A stretch of DNA of 63,720 nucleotides, counting the filler, from Chiloscyllium plagiosum (Eukaryota): NCBI RefSeq assembly GCF_004010195.1. It is 5 parts of 2 records of this genome, joined end to end, with 100 filler letters (N's around TTAATTAATTAA, not from the genome) between each part and the next. Parts side by side here need not be neighbours in the genome. Positions count along the whole stretch, not along the records: positions 37,117 to 51,664 come from NC_057716.1; positions 51,765 to 61,752 come from NC_057716.1; 3 more parts are not named here. One strand, 5' to 3'. Numbering within the stretch: the first letter of the stretch is position 1; each line of letters opens with the position of its first letter. The notes under the pieces are model-generated. The model had not been told where the DNA came from, ran no database searches, and was given only the letters and a program-made list of their open reading frames with translations. Shown here piece by piece: positions 46,859 to 59,965 of this stretch. A program made the position numbers and the translations under genes.

Positions 46859-48221
46859 ATCCATGTTGGTCACCTCTAGAGGTCCATATCATCAGAGATG
46901 CCAATCTTTAGCCACTTTGTTTCATTCCATGTGATTTAAAGAAATGGTTGGAGGCATTGCAAAGGCTCTGACAACATTCCAGCAATAGTACTGAAGACAT
47001 CTGCTCCAGAAGTCACTCCCCTAGCCAAGCTGTTCTAGTGCATCTACAAGACTGGCATCTACCCAGCAATGTGGAAAATCTCCCTGGTATATCCTGCACA
47101 AGATGATGGACAAATCCAAAACAACTAATTATCATCCCATCAGTCTACTCGTGATGATTAGTAAAACGATGGAAGGTGTCATCAACAATGCTATCAAGCA
47201 GCACCTGCTCAGCAATAACCTGCTCAGCGACACCCAGTTTGAGTGCTGCCTGGGCCACGTAGCTCCTGACCTCATTACAGCCTTGGTTCAAATATAGACA
47301 AAAAAGTTGAATTCCAGAGATGAGGTTAGAATGACAGCCCTTGACATCAAGGCTGCATTTTATCAAGTATGGAATCAAGGAGCTCTCACATTGGAATCAA
47401 TGGGTATCAGGAGACACACTGTTGGTTGGAGTCTACCTGGCATATAGGAAGATGGTTATGGAGGCTGGAGGGCTGTCATCCCAGCTCCAAGACATGTCTG
47501 AATGGGCTCCTCAGGGTAGTGACTAGGTCACTAGGCCCAACCATCTTCAGCTGCTTCATCAATAACCTTCCCTCCATCATAAGGTCAGAAATGGGGCTGT
47601 TTGTCGGTGATTGTACAATGTTCAACACTCTTCACAACTTCTCTGATACTGAAGCAGTCCATGTTCAAATGCAACAATATCCAGGTTTGGGCTGACAAGT
47701 AGCAAGTAATATTCGCACCAGTGCCAATCCATTTCCAACGAAATAGAATCTAACCATTGTCCCTTGACATTCAGTGGTGTTATCATCACCTAATTCCCCA
47801 CTAGCAACATCCTGAGGGTTGTCATTGATGATAAACTGACCTGGACTCACCATAGACATATTGTGGTTACAAGATCAGGTCAGAGGTGAGGGACCCTACA
47901 GGGATTAACTCACCTCCTGACTCCTCAAAGCCTCTGCTCCATCTACAAGGCACAAGTCTGGTGTATGATGGAGTACTCTTCATTTACCTGGATGGGTATA
48001 GCTTCAACAACTCTCAAGAAGCTTGTCACCATCCACTATAAAGCAGCCCACTTTATTGGCACCACATCCACAAACATCCACTCCCGCCACTTCAATGTTC
48101 AAATGCAGCAGTGTGTACTATCTACAAGGTGTATTGCAGAAGTTCAGAACGGCTCATTATATATGACCTTCCAAGCCCATGACCACTCCCATTTAGAAGG
48201 ACAAGAGCAACAGATACATGG

Positions 48222-49967
48222 TATAACAACTCACTGGGAAAGTGCACTAGAAATCAACCCCTGATATTTGCAGAATTACCATTCCCCATAAAGTATGCAA
48301 CCTTACCCAATTTACTTGACTTTCAAATCCAACTTGACAGAAGAGACGAATGATATTCCTGTTACTATTTATCGTAAGTGGGCTCCAGTTACAGGTAAAC
48401 AGATATAAACTGTCAACAGCTAACACTGCATCTAAAATTCTAATCTCCTTATGAACTTCCCCTTACATAGACAGACAATAGAGACAGAGAATCAGGTTTT
48501 GGGGAGAGGGAAAACTGGAAAGACAGTTCAGTAGTTTTGTTCCAAGCTACTGTTCTTGAAGTGAAGTTTATGACTGGTATGCTATCCAGGATGTTGATTC
48601 AGTTATTTTTCTCCAGATGTTTCCATTTCTTGGTGAGAGACTCAAGATGGCTGATTACCTTATAAAAAGCTTCTGACTTAGAACATCTAGCTCTTCAAGC
48701 TTGCTCCGCCATTCAGTAAGACCATGGGAGATCTTTTCATCCTCTCAGCTCCACTTACCCACCCTCTCACCATAAGCCTTAATTCCTTTACTGTTCAAAA
48801 AATTATCTATCTTAGTTTGAAAGACATTCAATAAGGAAGCCTCAACTACTTCACTGGGCAGGGAATTTTACAAATTCACAACCTTCTCTGTGAAGAAGTT
48901 CCTTCTCAATTCAGTCCTAAATCTGCTCCCCCTAATTTTGGGGCTATGCTCTCTTGTCCTAGTTTCACCTGCCAGTAGAAACATCTGCTCTACTTCTATC
49001 CTATCTATTCCCTTCATAATTTTATATGTTTTTATAAGATTCCCCCCTCATTCTTCTAATTTCCAATGAATATAATCCCAGTCTACTCAGTGGACTTACT
49101 GGTTAAAAGTCACAGCTTATAACAAATAGTGCAGGAAAGATAAACTGTTTTTCTTCCAGTTTAAAGTTAGTTTTGACTGCACAGAACAGAGAAACCAAAC
49201 CTGAGCTGGGGAAGAACTCAACACATTTCTCTTTTTGATTTGTTTCCAGCTTCAAGCTGTTCAACTACCTGCGAACCAATCACATGGTTATTGGCAGGTA
49301 ACAGAACTATGTCATCAATAACTGGTCAGTAGTCTGTAAAACTTCTAATACATGTTTTTGTTGCCAACCTGAGCTGCATCACCAACCTCAGCTCCTCTCC
49401 ACCCTCCCCCCTCCAATGTGCCCCCACACCAACCCCCCACCTTGGGCTCAAATCATCTGCAACTCAAATCTCAATTACTGCTTGCTCAAACAGCTATTTA
49501 TGATGCTTGGTCAGTTTATCAGACTACTTGCCTTCAAAACGTACAGCTACTTCAAACACTGATTTTAAAACAGACTGTTTTCATTTCAGTCTGCAGTTAT
49601 TTCAGGGTGGCATGGTGGCTCAGTAGTTAGCACTATTGCCTCACAGAGCCAGGAACCCGGGTTTGATTTCTGCCTTTGTGTGGAGTTTGCACATTCTCCC
49701 CATCTCTGCATGGGTTTTCTCCAGGTGCTCTGGTTTCCTCCCACTGTCCAAAGATGTGAAGGTCAGGTGAATTGGTCATGCTAAATTGCCCATAGTGTTA
49801 GGTTCATCAGTCAGTGGGAAATGGGTCTGGGTGGGTTACACTTCAGAGGGTCGGTGTGGACTTGTTGGGCCGAAGGACCTATTTCTACACTGTAGGGAAT
49901 CTAATCTAATCTAATTTAATCTATTTTAAAAATCACAAAATTAAAAGCTAGGGTCCTTCCAGTGAGA
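48222..49967. mobile_element. Probable solo LTR (about 1 kb net) carrying a CR1 3' end (about 48680-49092, -) and an HE1 SINE
   Basis: Interrupts the host LINE between GATACATGG and A.CACCACCTGCAAG; degenerate TG(TA)..CA-like ends (TATAACA...GTGAGA); non-coding. Confidence 0.45.
49604..49922 (+). mobile_element. HE1 (V-SINE)
   Basis: Head, core and (AATCT)n tail. Confidence 0.9.
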
Positions 49968-50334
49968 ACGTCACCACCTGCAAGTTCCCCTGCAACTCAC
50001 TCACTATCTTGCCTGGGAAATATATCACCATTCCTTCAGCGTCACTGGGTCAAAATTCCAGAACTCCCTGCCTAATGGCATTAATGGAACTACCTTCACC
50101 AAAAGACATTATCAGTTCAAAGCAGCAGCTCACCATCACCTTCTCAAGGATATCTAGGGGCAGGCAATGAATCTTGGCACATCCAGCAATACCAACATTC
50201 CGGGATTTATTTTTTTTAAATGTTCAATGAATCCTAATAGAACTTGCACCAAATCTACACCTACACCCAAGCCACTAGAATCAATCATAATTATTAAAAA
50301 GCTTTATTAAAGTTTATTAGGATTATCTACGCCT

Positions 50335-50826
50335 TCTCAAACGCTGTTTGACATTCTGTTGACCCTACCACTTTTGTCTGTTTCTGTAACAAATTAGTTA
50401 AAGATACAGGTATTGTGTTGAAGTTTCAACAAAAAATTTCTTGTAAAACACTCACTTTCCTAAAAATCTCATGATTTCCCATTTAGTTTTAGGAATGGGG
50501 AATTCGATCAGAGCCTTCCATTTTGCCATTCTTGGCAATACTTGCTCGTGTCCTACGATATGTGCTAGGTAAGTTATCCTTGCTTTTGCAAATTCACGTT
50601 TGGCCAGATTTATTACTAAGCTAGCTAACTGCAATTGCTAATACACGTCTTCTAGTTGCCTTACATGCTTTTCCAAGAGTTACTGTATATTATGACATCA
50701 TCCAAATAAACTACATAGTTTCATACTTGAGTGACAACATGATCATAAGTCTTTGGCGTGTAGGTGGAGCATTTTTAAACCAAATAGCATCTTTGAACAT
50801 TGATATAATCTATTGTCATATTGAAG
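50335..50826 (-). mobile_element. Gypsy reverse-transcriptase fragment
   Basis: VVYLDDVIIYSNSWKKHV...INLAK.EFAK..ITYL.HIVG...IMRFLG. Confidence 0.85.
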
Positions 50827-51106
50827 GCTGTGGCACGGTGGCACAGTGGTTAGCACTGCTGCCTCACAGCGCCAGAGACCCGGTTTCAATTCCCGCCTCA
50901 GGCGACTGACTGTGTGGAGTTTGCACATTCTCCCCGTGTCTGCGTGGGTTTCCTCTGGGTGCTCCGGTTTCCTCCCACAGTCCAAAAGATGTGCAGGTCA
51001 GGTGAATTGGCCGTGCTAAATTGCCCATAGTGTTAGGTAAGGGGTAAATGTAGGGGTATGGATGGGTTACGCTTCGGCGGGTTGGTGTGGACTTGTTGGG
51101 CCGAAG
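50827..51106 (+). mobile_element. Young HE1 (V-SINE), 3' end interrupted by Penelope
   Basis: GGCACGGTGGCACAGTGGTTAGCACTGCTGCCTCACAGCGCCAG; CpGs retained. Confidence 0.92.
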
Positions 51107-51664
51107 GTAAAAACAATGACTGCAGATGCTGGAAACCAGATTCTGGATCAGTGGTGCTGGAAGAGCACAGCAATTCAGGCAGCATCCGAGGACAGGCAAA
51201 ATCGACGTTTCGGGCAAAAGCCCTCCATCAGGAATAAAGGCAGAGAGCCTGAAACATGGAGAGATAAGCTAGAGGAGGGTGGACTGTAAAACCTGTGCAC
51301 ACACCTCCTCCCTCACCTCCATCCAAGGCCCTAAAGGAGCCTTCCACATCCATCAAAGTTTTACCTGCACATCCACTAATATCATTTATTGTATCCGTTG
51401 CTCACGATGCGGTCTCCTCTACATTGGGGAGACTGGACGCCTCCTAGCAGAGCGCTTTAGGGAACACCTCCGAGACACCCGCACCAATCAACCAAACCGC
51501 CCCGTGGCCCAACATTTCAACCCCCCCTCCCACTCTGCCGAGGATATGGAGGTGCTGGGCCTCCTCCACCACCGCTCCCTCACCACCAGACGCATGGAAG
51601 AAGAACGCTTCATCTTCCGCCTCGGAACACTTCAACCCCAGGGCATCAATATGGATTTCAACAG
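51107..51664 (+). mobile_element. Penelope-like element: inverted pLTR (51107-51280, -) plus GIY-YIG (51281-51664, +)
   Basis: CKTCAH...FTCTSTNIIYCIRCSRCGLLYIGETGRLLAERFREHL; hammerhead-like motif at 51201-51235 (-) with CTGATGG. Confidence 0.9.
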
Positions 51665-51894
51665 NNNNNNNNNNNNNNNNNNNNNNNNNNNNNNNNNNNN
51701 NNNNNNNNTTAATTAATTAANNNNNNNNNNNNNNNNNNNNNNNNNNNNNNNNNNNNNNNNNNNNTATGCTTGTCCAATGACGACTTAAATGTACTTAAAG
51801 TTGGCGAATCTACTATCGTTGCAGGCAAAGCATTCCATACCCTTACTACTCTCTGAGTAAAGCAACTACCTCTGACATCTGTCCTATATCTATC

Positions 51895-52115
51895 TCACCT
51901 CTCAACCTTCTTCTCTCTAACGAAAACAGCCTTAAGTCCCTCAGCCTTTCCTCATAAAACCTTCCCTCCATACCAGGCAACATCCTAGTAAATCACCTCT
52001 GCACGTCACCTCTCAACCTTCTTCTCTCTAACGAAAACAGCCTTAAGTCCCTCAGCCTTTCCTCATAAAACCTTCCCTCCATACCAGGCAACATCCTAGT
52101 AAATCACCTCTGCAC
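51895..52115. repeat. Apparently perfect 110-bp tandem duplication
   Basis: 51895-52004 equals 52006-52115. Confidence 0.9.
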
Positions 52116-55100
52116 CCTTTCGGAACTTGATCCATAGAACATAGAACATAGAAAAATACAGCGCAGTACAGGCCCTTTGGCCCTCGATGTTGCGCTGATC
52201 CAAGCCCACCTAACCTACACTAGCCCACTATCCTTCATATGCCTATCCAATGCCCGTTTAAATGCCCATAAAGAGGGAGAGTCCACCACTGCTACTGGCA
52301 GGGCATTCCATGAACTCACGACTCGCTGAGTAAAGAATCTACCCCTAACATCTGTCCTATACCTACCACCCCTTAATTTAAAGCTATGCCCCCTCGTAAT
52401 AGCTGACTCCATACGTGGATCCCTCTTTTAATAAAAGCTAAAACACTGCATGCCTTCTTAAAACCCTGTCAACCTGGGTGGCAACTTTGAAGGATCTGTG
52501 TACCTGGACACCGAGAACTCTTTGCTCATCTACACGACCAAGAATCTTACCATTAGCCCAGTACTTTGCATTCCGGTTACTCCAAGCAAAGTGAATCACC
52601 TCACTTGTCTGCATTAAACTCCATTTGCCAACTCTCAGCCCAGCTCTGCAGCTTATCGATGTCTCTCTGTAACCTACAACATCCTTCGTCACTATCCACA
52701 ACTCCACCGACTTAGTGTCGTCTGCAAATTTACTAATCCACCCTTCTACGCCCTCATCCAGGTCGTTTATAAAAATGACGAACAGCAGTGGACCCAACAC
52801 CGACCCTTGCGGTACACCACTAGTAACTGAACTCCTGGATGAACATTTCCCATCAACCACCACCCTCTGTCTTCTTTCAGCAAGCCAATTACTGATCCAA
52901 ACTGCTATATATCCCACAATCCCATTCCTCTGCATTTTGTACATAGCCTACTGCGGGGAACCTTATCGAACGCCTTGCTGAAATCGATATACACCACACC
53001 AACTGGTTTACTCTTATCTACCTGTTTGGTCACCTTCTCAAAGAACTCAATAAGGTTTGTGAGGCACGATCTACCCTTCAAAAAACCGTGTTGACTATCC
53101 CTAATCAAATGATTTTTTCCTAGATGATTATAAATCCTATCTCTTATAACCTTTTCCAACACTTTACCAACAACTGAAGTGAGGCTCACTGGTCTATAAT
53201 TACCAAGATTATCTCTACTCCCCTTCTTGAACAGGGGAACTACATTTGCTATCCTCCAGTCTTTTGGCACTATTCCTGTAGACAATGACGATCTAAAGAT
53301 CAATGCCAAAGGCTCGGCAATCTCCTCCCTGGCTTCCCAGAGGACCCTAGGATAAATCCCATCCGGCCCAGGGGACTTATCTATTTTCAAACACTGCAGG
53401 ATTTCTAATACCTCTTCCTTGTGAACCTCAATCCCACCTAGTCTAGTAGCCTGTATTTCAGTATTCTCCTCGACAACATTGTCATTTTCTAGAGTGAATA
53501 CTGTCGAAAAATATTCATTTCGTGCTTCCCCTATCTCCTCTGACCCCACACACAACTTCCCACTATCCTTGATTGGCCCTAATCTTACTCTCATCATTCT
53601 TTTATTACTTAAATACCTATAGAAAGCCTTAGGGTTTACCCTGATCCTATCCATCAACAACTTCTCATGTCTCCTCCTGGCTCTTCTGAGCTCTCTCTTT
53701 AGGTCTTTCCTAGCTACCTTGTAACCCTCAAGCGCCTTAACTGAGCCTTTACATCTCATCCTAACATTAACCTTCTTCTTCCTCTTGACCAGAGATTCAA
53801 CTTCCTTCGTAAACCACGGCTCCCACGCTCTACAGCTTCCTCCCTGCCTGACAGGTACATACTTATCTAGGACACACAGGAGCTTTTCCTTGAATAAGCT
53901 CCACATTTCTAATGTGCCTATCCGCTGCAGTTTCCTTCTCCATCCTATGCTTCCTAAATCTTGCCCAATCACATCGTAATTGCTTTCCCCTAGCTGTAAC
54001 TCTTGCCCAGTGGTATACACCTATCCCTTTCTATCATTAAAGTAAACATAACAGAATTATGATCCCTCTCACCAAAGTGCTCACCTACTTCCAAGTCAAA
54101 CACCTGGCAGGGCTCATTACCCAGTACCAAATCTAATGTGGTTTCGCCCCTTGCTGGCCTGTCTACATACTGTGTCAGGAAGCCCTCCTGCACACTCTGG
54201 ACAAAAACTGACCCATCTATAGAACTTGTACTATAAGTGTTCCCAGTCAATATTTGGAAAGTTGAAGTCCCCCATGACAACTACCCTGTCTCTCTCACTC
54301 CCATCTAGAATCATCTTTGCTATCCGTTCCTCTAACATCTCTGGAACTATTCAGAAGCCTATAGAAAACTCCCAACAGGGTGACCTCTCCTCTTCTGTTT
54401 CTAACTTCAGCCCATACTACCTCAGTTGACGAGTCCCCAAACATCCTTTCTGCAACTGTAATACTGTCCTTAACCAACAATACCACACCTCCCCCTCTTT
54501 TACCATCTTCTCTGTTCTTACTGAAACATCTAAATCCTGGAAGCTGCAACAACCATTCATAGAACATAGAACACTAGAGCGCAGTACAGGCCCTTCGGCC
54601 CTCGATGTTGCACCGACCTGTCATACGAACCTGAAGCCCATCTAACCTACACTATTCCAAGTACATCCATATGCTTGTCCAATAATGACTTAAATGTACT
54701 TAAAGTTGGCGAAACTACTACCGTTGCAGGCAAAGCATTCCATACCCTTACTACTCTCTGAGTAAAGAAACTACCTCTGACATCTGTCCTATATCTATCA
54801 CCCCTCAATTTAAAGCTATGCCCCCTCGTGCTCGCCATCACCATTCTTGGAAAAAGGCTCTCCCTGTCCATCCTATCTAACACTCTGATGATCTTATATG
54901 TCTCTATTAAGTCACCTCTCAACCTTCTTCTCTCTAGCGAAAACAGCCTCAAGTCCCTCAACCTTTCCCCATAAAACCTTCCCTCCATACCAGGCAACAT
55001 TCTAGTAAATCTCCCCTGCATTCTTTCCAAAACTTCCACATCCTTCTTATAATTCGGTGACCAGAACTGTAAACAATACTCCAAGTACGGCCGCACCAGT

Positions 55101-56545
55101 GTTTTGTACAGCTGTAGCATAACCTCATGGTACCTGAACTCGATCCCTCTGTTAATAAAAGCAAAAACACTGTATGCCTTCTTAACAACCCTGTCAACCT
55201 GGGTGGCAACTTTCAAGGATCTGTGTACCTGGACACCGAGATCATTCTGCTCATCTACACTACCAAGAATCTTACCATTAGCCCAGTACTTTGCATTCCG
55301 GTTACTCCAACCAAAGTGAATCACCTCACACTTGCCCGCATTAAACTCCATTTGCCAACTCTCAGCCCAGCTCTGCAGCTTATCAATGTCTCTCTGTAAC
55401 CTACAACATCCTTCGTCACTATCCACAACTCCACCGACTTAGTGTCATCTGCAAATTTACGCCCTCATCCAGGTCGTTTATAAAAATGACGTACAGCAGT
55501 GGACCCAACACCGACCCTTGCGGTACACCACTGGTAACTGGACTCCAGGGTGAACATTTCCCATCAACCACCACCTTCTGTCTTCTTTCAGCAAGCCAAT
55601 TACTGATCCAAACTGCTATATCTCCCACAATCCCATTCCTCCGCATTTTGTACAATAGCCTACTTTGGGGCACCTTATCGAATGCCTTGCTGAAATCCAT
55701 ATACACCACATCAACCAGTTTACTCTCATCTACCTGTTTGTTCACCTCCTCAAAGAACTCAATAAGGTTTGTGAGGCACGACCTACCCTTCACAAAACCG
55801 TGCTGACTATCCCTAATCAAATGATTTTTTCCTAGATGATTATAAATCCTATCTCTTATAACCTTTTCCAACACTTTACCAACTACTGAAGTGAGGCTCA
55901 CTGGTCTATAATTACCAGGATTTTCTCTATTCCCCTTCTTGAACAGGGGAACCACATTTGCTAGCACTGTTCCTGTAGACAATGGCTATTTAAAGATCAA
56001 TGCCAAAGGCTCGGCAATCTCCTCCCTGGCTTCCCAGAGGATCCTAGGATAAATCCCATCCGGCCCAGGGGACTTACCTATTTTCACACTCTGCAGGATT
56101 TCTAATACCTCCTCCTTGTGAACCTCAATCCTACCTAGTCTAATAGCCTGTATCTCAGTATTCGCCTTGACAACATTGTCATTTTCTAGAGTGAATACTG
56201 TCAAAAAATATTCATTTCGTGCTTCCCCTATCTCCTCTGACTCCACACTTCCCACTGCTATCCTTGATTGGCCCTAATCTTACTCTCGTCATTCTTTTAT
56301 TCCTTAAATACCTATAGAAAGCCTTAGGGTTTACCCTGATCCTATCTGCCAACAACTTCTCATGTCTCCTCCTGGCTCTTCTGAGCTCTCTCTTTAGGTC
56401 TTTCCTGGCTACCTTGTAACCCTCAAGTGCCCTCAAGTGAGCCTTCACATCTCATCCTAACATAAGCCTGCTTCTTCCTCTTGACCAGAGATTCCACTTC
56501 CTTCGTAAACCACGGCTCCCTGCTCTAACCATGTCTTCAAAATGG

Positions 56546-57358
56546 AAATAGAAAAAACACACCAGACCATCAACGCCACACTCACAGGAATCCGATTCAC
56601 GAGAGAAGAAGAAAAGGATAGCCAACTCCCATTCCTAGACGTGATGGTAAAGAGAACACCGAACGGAGAATTCACTACAAGGGTACACAGAAAAGCCACA
56701 CACACAGACCAAGTCCTAAACTATGAAAGTAACCACCCCAACACACACAAACGAAGCTGCATCAGGACACTATTCAAAAGGGTCACAACACACTGCAGTA
56801 CACCAGAACTGCAAAAAGAAGAAGAGGAACACCTATACAAGGTATTCGCCAAAAACGGAGACCCGCTCAACTTCATCAACAGATGCCTAAGAGAAAGACC
56901 ACGGAACAAGGACATACCACAACCAAAAGGACTAGCCACACTACCATACATCACGAGCATTTCCGAACTGACAGCCAGACTACTGCGACCCCTAGGACTC
57001 ATAACGCCACACAAACCAACAGCCACGCTCAGACAACAACTCACCAGGAATTCGACTGGGACAACACTACTATCATAGGGCAAGCCATACAGAGAACAGC
57101 CAGGGAATTCCTAGAGGCATGGCATTCATCCACAAACTCCATCAACAAACACATCGAACTGGACCCAATATACCAACCACTACAGCAGACAGCTGAAACT
57201 GACAACCGGAAGCGGCAGGGACAGACCACTATAAACACCGGAGGAAACATCAAAGAAGCGCTTCGCAGGAGGCTCCCAAGCACTGATGATGTCGCCTAGC
57301 CAGGGGACGAAACGTTTGCAACAAAAACTTCCAGCTCGGCGAACAGAACCACAACAAG
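56546..57358 (+). mobile_element. Penelope-like element (RT thumb, internally deleted GIY-YIG, pLTR)
   Basis: IRFTREEEKDSQLPFLDV...VHRKATHTDQVLNYESNHP; FDWDNT...REFLEAWHS. Confidence 0.92.
57280..57319 (+). ncRNA. Minimal hammerhead ribozyme motif
   Basis: GCA-CTGATGA-T-GTCGCC-tagcca-GGGGAC-GAAA-C-GTT-TGC. Confidence 0.72.
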
Positions 57359-58229
57359 GGCCACAACATCGAAGTCCCAGGTACCAGTCCATGCTGCAAG
57401 TTCACCTACCTCATTCCAGATGTTCCTGGCGTTGAAGTAGACACACTTCAAACCAACTTCTTGCTTGCCGGTGCCATCTTGTGTCCCTGAAACTTGATTT
57501 TGGGCCTCCTTACTCTCAACCTTTTCTATACTCGAACTACAATTTTGGTTCCCATCCCCCTGCTGGATTAGTTTGTGAGAGTGCTGCTTGAGAGAGTGGT
57601 AGAGGCAGAAAACCTCATAACATTGAAGTAGTATTTAGAGGTGCATTTGTGATACCAAGGCATACAAGGCTGTCGCCAAGATCTGAAACATGGGCTTAGA
57701 ATAGTTATGTGGTTGTTTTTCATTAGAAAAAAGGAGATTGGGGGGGAACCTGATTGTGATCTACAAAACCATGAAGGGTACAGACAGGGTAGATAGAGAT
57801 AAGGTGAAGGATTCAATAACAAGAGGTCACACTTTCAAGGTGAGAGGTGAAAAGTTTAAGGGGCATACACGCGGCAAGTACTTTACACAGAGGGTGGTAG
57901 GTGTCTGGAACGCGTTGCCAGCAGAGGTGGTAGAGGCAGGCATCTGGACAGATACATGAATAGGTGGGAAGCCAATTATTCCTCTTACAATCAGGAATAT
58001 TTATCAAATAAGTCACTTGACTAACCTTTCTAACTGCCTTGCAGGGACACAGAATTTTTTTTTCAGAGGAATACTACCAACACTTTTTCTCCTCCTTGAA
58101 ATGTTCTACTTGAAGCATGTTTGTTTGCCCATTCTTCCATTTTTACTTGTGAAGTTTAAATGCTCCTGCACCACATTCCATCCTCACAAGGATTTGAACC
58201 TAGTAAAATAGGAGAGAGGCCTCGGGGAA

Positions 58230-59197
58230 GTAAATAGGGTTTCAAAAAAATGGAGCAGTCGGGGCACAGATAGGCGTTTCTGTGGCAATGGTTGAGACTC
58301 CAGGATGGTGTGTTGCCTCTCTAGTGCCAGGGTCAAGGATGTCTGAGCGGTTGCATTGAACTTTTTAAGTGGGAGAGAGTAGCCAGGGGTTGTTGTACAC
58401 ATTGGGACCGACGAAATAGTTAAGAAAAGGGATGGGGTCCTGAAGAGAGTGATTATAGGGAATTAGGCAGACGTTAAAATGCAGCGCTTAAGGGTAGTAA
58501 TTTCTAGATTACTTCCAGTGCCACATGTTAGCGAGAGCAGGAGTAGGAGGATTTGGCAGATGAATGTGTGGCTTGAGAGCTGATGCGGGGGCAGGGATTC
58601 AAAGTTTTGGATCATCAGTATCTCTTCTAGGTAAGGGTGACCTGTACAAGAGGGACGGGTTGCAACTGTACTGGAGGGGGACCAATATCCTGGCAGGCAG
58701 ATTTGCTAGAGCAACTCGGGAGGGTTAAAACTAATCCAGAAGGGGGTGGGATCCAAAGAGTAGGGAAATGACAGAGAAGATTGAGAACAGAACAGAGGTT
58801 AATGAAAGCAAGTTAAATAGTAAAGGCAGTGTTGGTAATCCTAGTACGAGACAGGGTGAGCAACAGCAATAAGAAAAGCAAAGGAAGTCTGGATTAAACT
58901 ACGTTTATTTTAATGCAAGAGACCTGACAGATAAGGCAAATGAATTTGGGGCATGGATTGGTGCATGTAACTGGGATATTATAGCTATTACAGAAATATT
59001 GTTATAGTGATAACTGCAGATTCTGGAGACCAGAGTCAAAATGTGTGGTACTGGAAAAGCACAGCAGGTCAGGAGCAGGAGGAGCAGGAGAGGAGCAGGA
59101 GAGTCGACTTTTGAGGGAGGAACAGAACTGTGTTTTTGATTAGGGAGAACATCACGGTAGTACTGATAGAGGATATTCCTGAGGGATTGTCCACTGA
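58230..59197 (+). mobile_element. Decayed CR1 ORF1 esterase and APE start, with a pLTR fragment (about 59010-59110, -)
   Basis: RGTDRRFCG...SRMVCCL..ARVKDV...VVHIGTD; YFNARDL.DKANE. Confidence 0.75.
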
Positions 59198-59965
59198 GTG
59201 GAAAAGTGTGAGGTAATTCACTTTGGAAGGAGTAACAAGAATGCAGAGTACTGGGATAATGGTAAGATTCGTGGCAGTGTAGATGAGCAGAGAGATCTTG
59301 GTGTCTACGTGCATAGATCCTTGAAAGTTGCCACCCAAGTTGAGAGTTGTTCAGAAGGCATATGGTGTGTTAGCTTTTATTGGTAGAGGGATTGAGTTTC
59401 GGAACCATGAGATCATGCTGCAGCTTTACATACTATGGTGCGGCCACATTTGGAGTATTGCGTACAGTTCTGGTCACCGCATTATAGGACATGGAAGCTT
59501 TGGAAAGGGTTCAGAAGAGATTTACTAGGATGTTGCCTGGTATGGAGGGAAGGTCTTATGAGGAAAGGCTGAGGGACTTGAGGCTGTTTTCATTAGAGAG
59601 AAGGTTGAGAGGTGACTTAATTGAGACATAAGATAATCAGAGGGTTAGATAGGTTGGACAATGAGAGCCTTCTTCCTCAGATGGGGATGGCTAGCATGAG
59701 GGGACATAGCTTTAAATTGAGGGGTGATAGATTTAGGACAGATGTCAGAGGTAGTCCCTTTACTCAGACAGTAGTAGGGGTGTGGAACACACTGCCTGCA
59801 ACAGTAGTAGATTCGCCAACTTTAAGGGCATTTAAATGGTCATTGAATAGGCATATGGACAAAGATGGAATAGTGTAGGTTAGGTGGGCTTCAGATTGGT
59901 TCCACAGATTGGCGCAACATCGAGGGCTGAAGGGGCTGTACTGTACTATAATGTTCTATGTTTTA
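59198..59965 (+). mobile_element. CR1 3' end
   Basis: KCEVIHFGRSN...RGHSFKLRGDRFRTDVRG. Confidence 0.9.

Larger units (their letters stand above)
44270..50210 (+). mobile_element. Near full-length old L2/CR1-group LINE (5' UTR, APE, RT, 3' tail) with nested insertions
   Basis: NI.GLLSKLGELS APE start (about 44960), SDH (about 45500), DKSK..NYHPISLL (47110), PQGS..LGPTIFSCFINNLP..GLFVGDCT (47510-47620), tail at 49968-50210. Confidence 0.75.
51765..57570 (-). mobile_element. CR1 copy B (paralogue of copy A) interrupted by CR1 52134-52417 (TSD GATCC), CR1 copy C 54558-56517 and a Penelope
   Basis: ORFs 52905-54020, 54647-55426 and 55419-55982 have RT/APE motifs; AACCATTC|...|CCCTGCTCTAACC rejoins across copy C. 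Confidence 0.88.

Noticed and set aside
50827..50900. tRNA genes at the HE1 heads
   Set aside because: tRNA-derived SINE promoters followed by a V-domain and LINE tail, not stand-alone tRNAs
51895..52115. 110-bp perfect tandem repeat as a functional array
   Set aside because: Only two units of CR1 sequence near a contig end; a recent slippage or assembly artefact
52905..55982. Active autonomous CR1 or domesticated RT gene
   Set aside because: ORF2 is broken by frameshifts, deletions and nested insertions in every copy
9841..59110. Dispersed GATGCTGCCTGACCTGCTGTGCTTTTCCAG repeats as a CRISPR-like array
   Set aside because: Scattered, in both orientations, with TSDs and no regular spacers; they are Penelope pLTR pieces in a eukaryote
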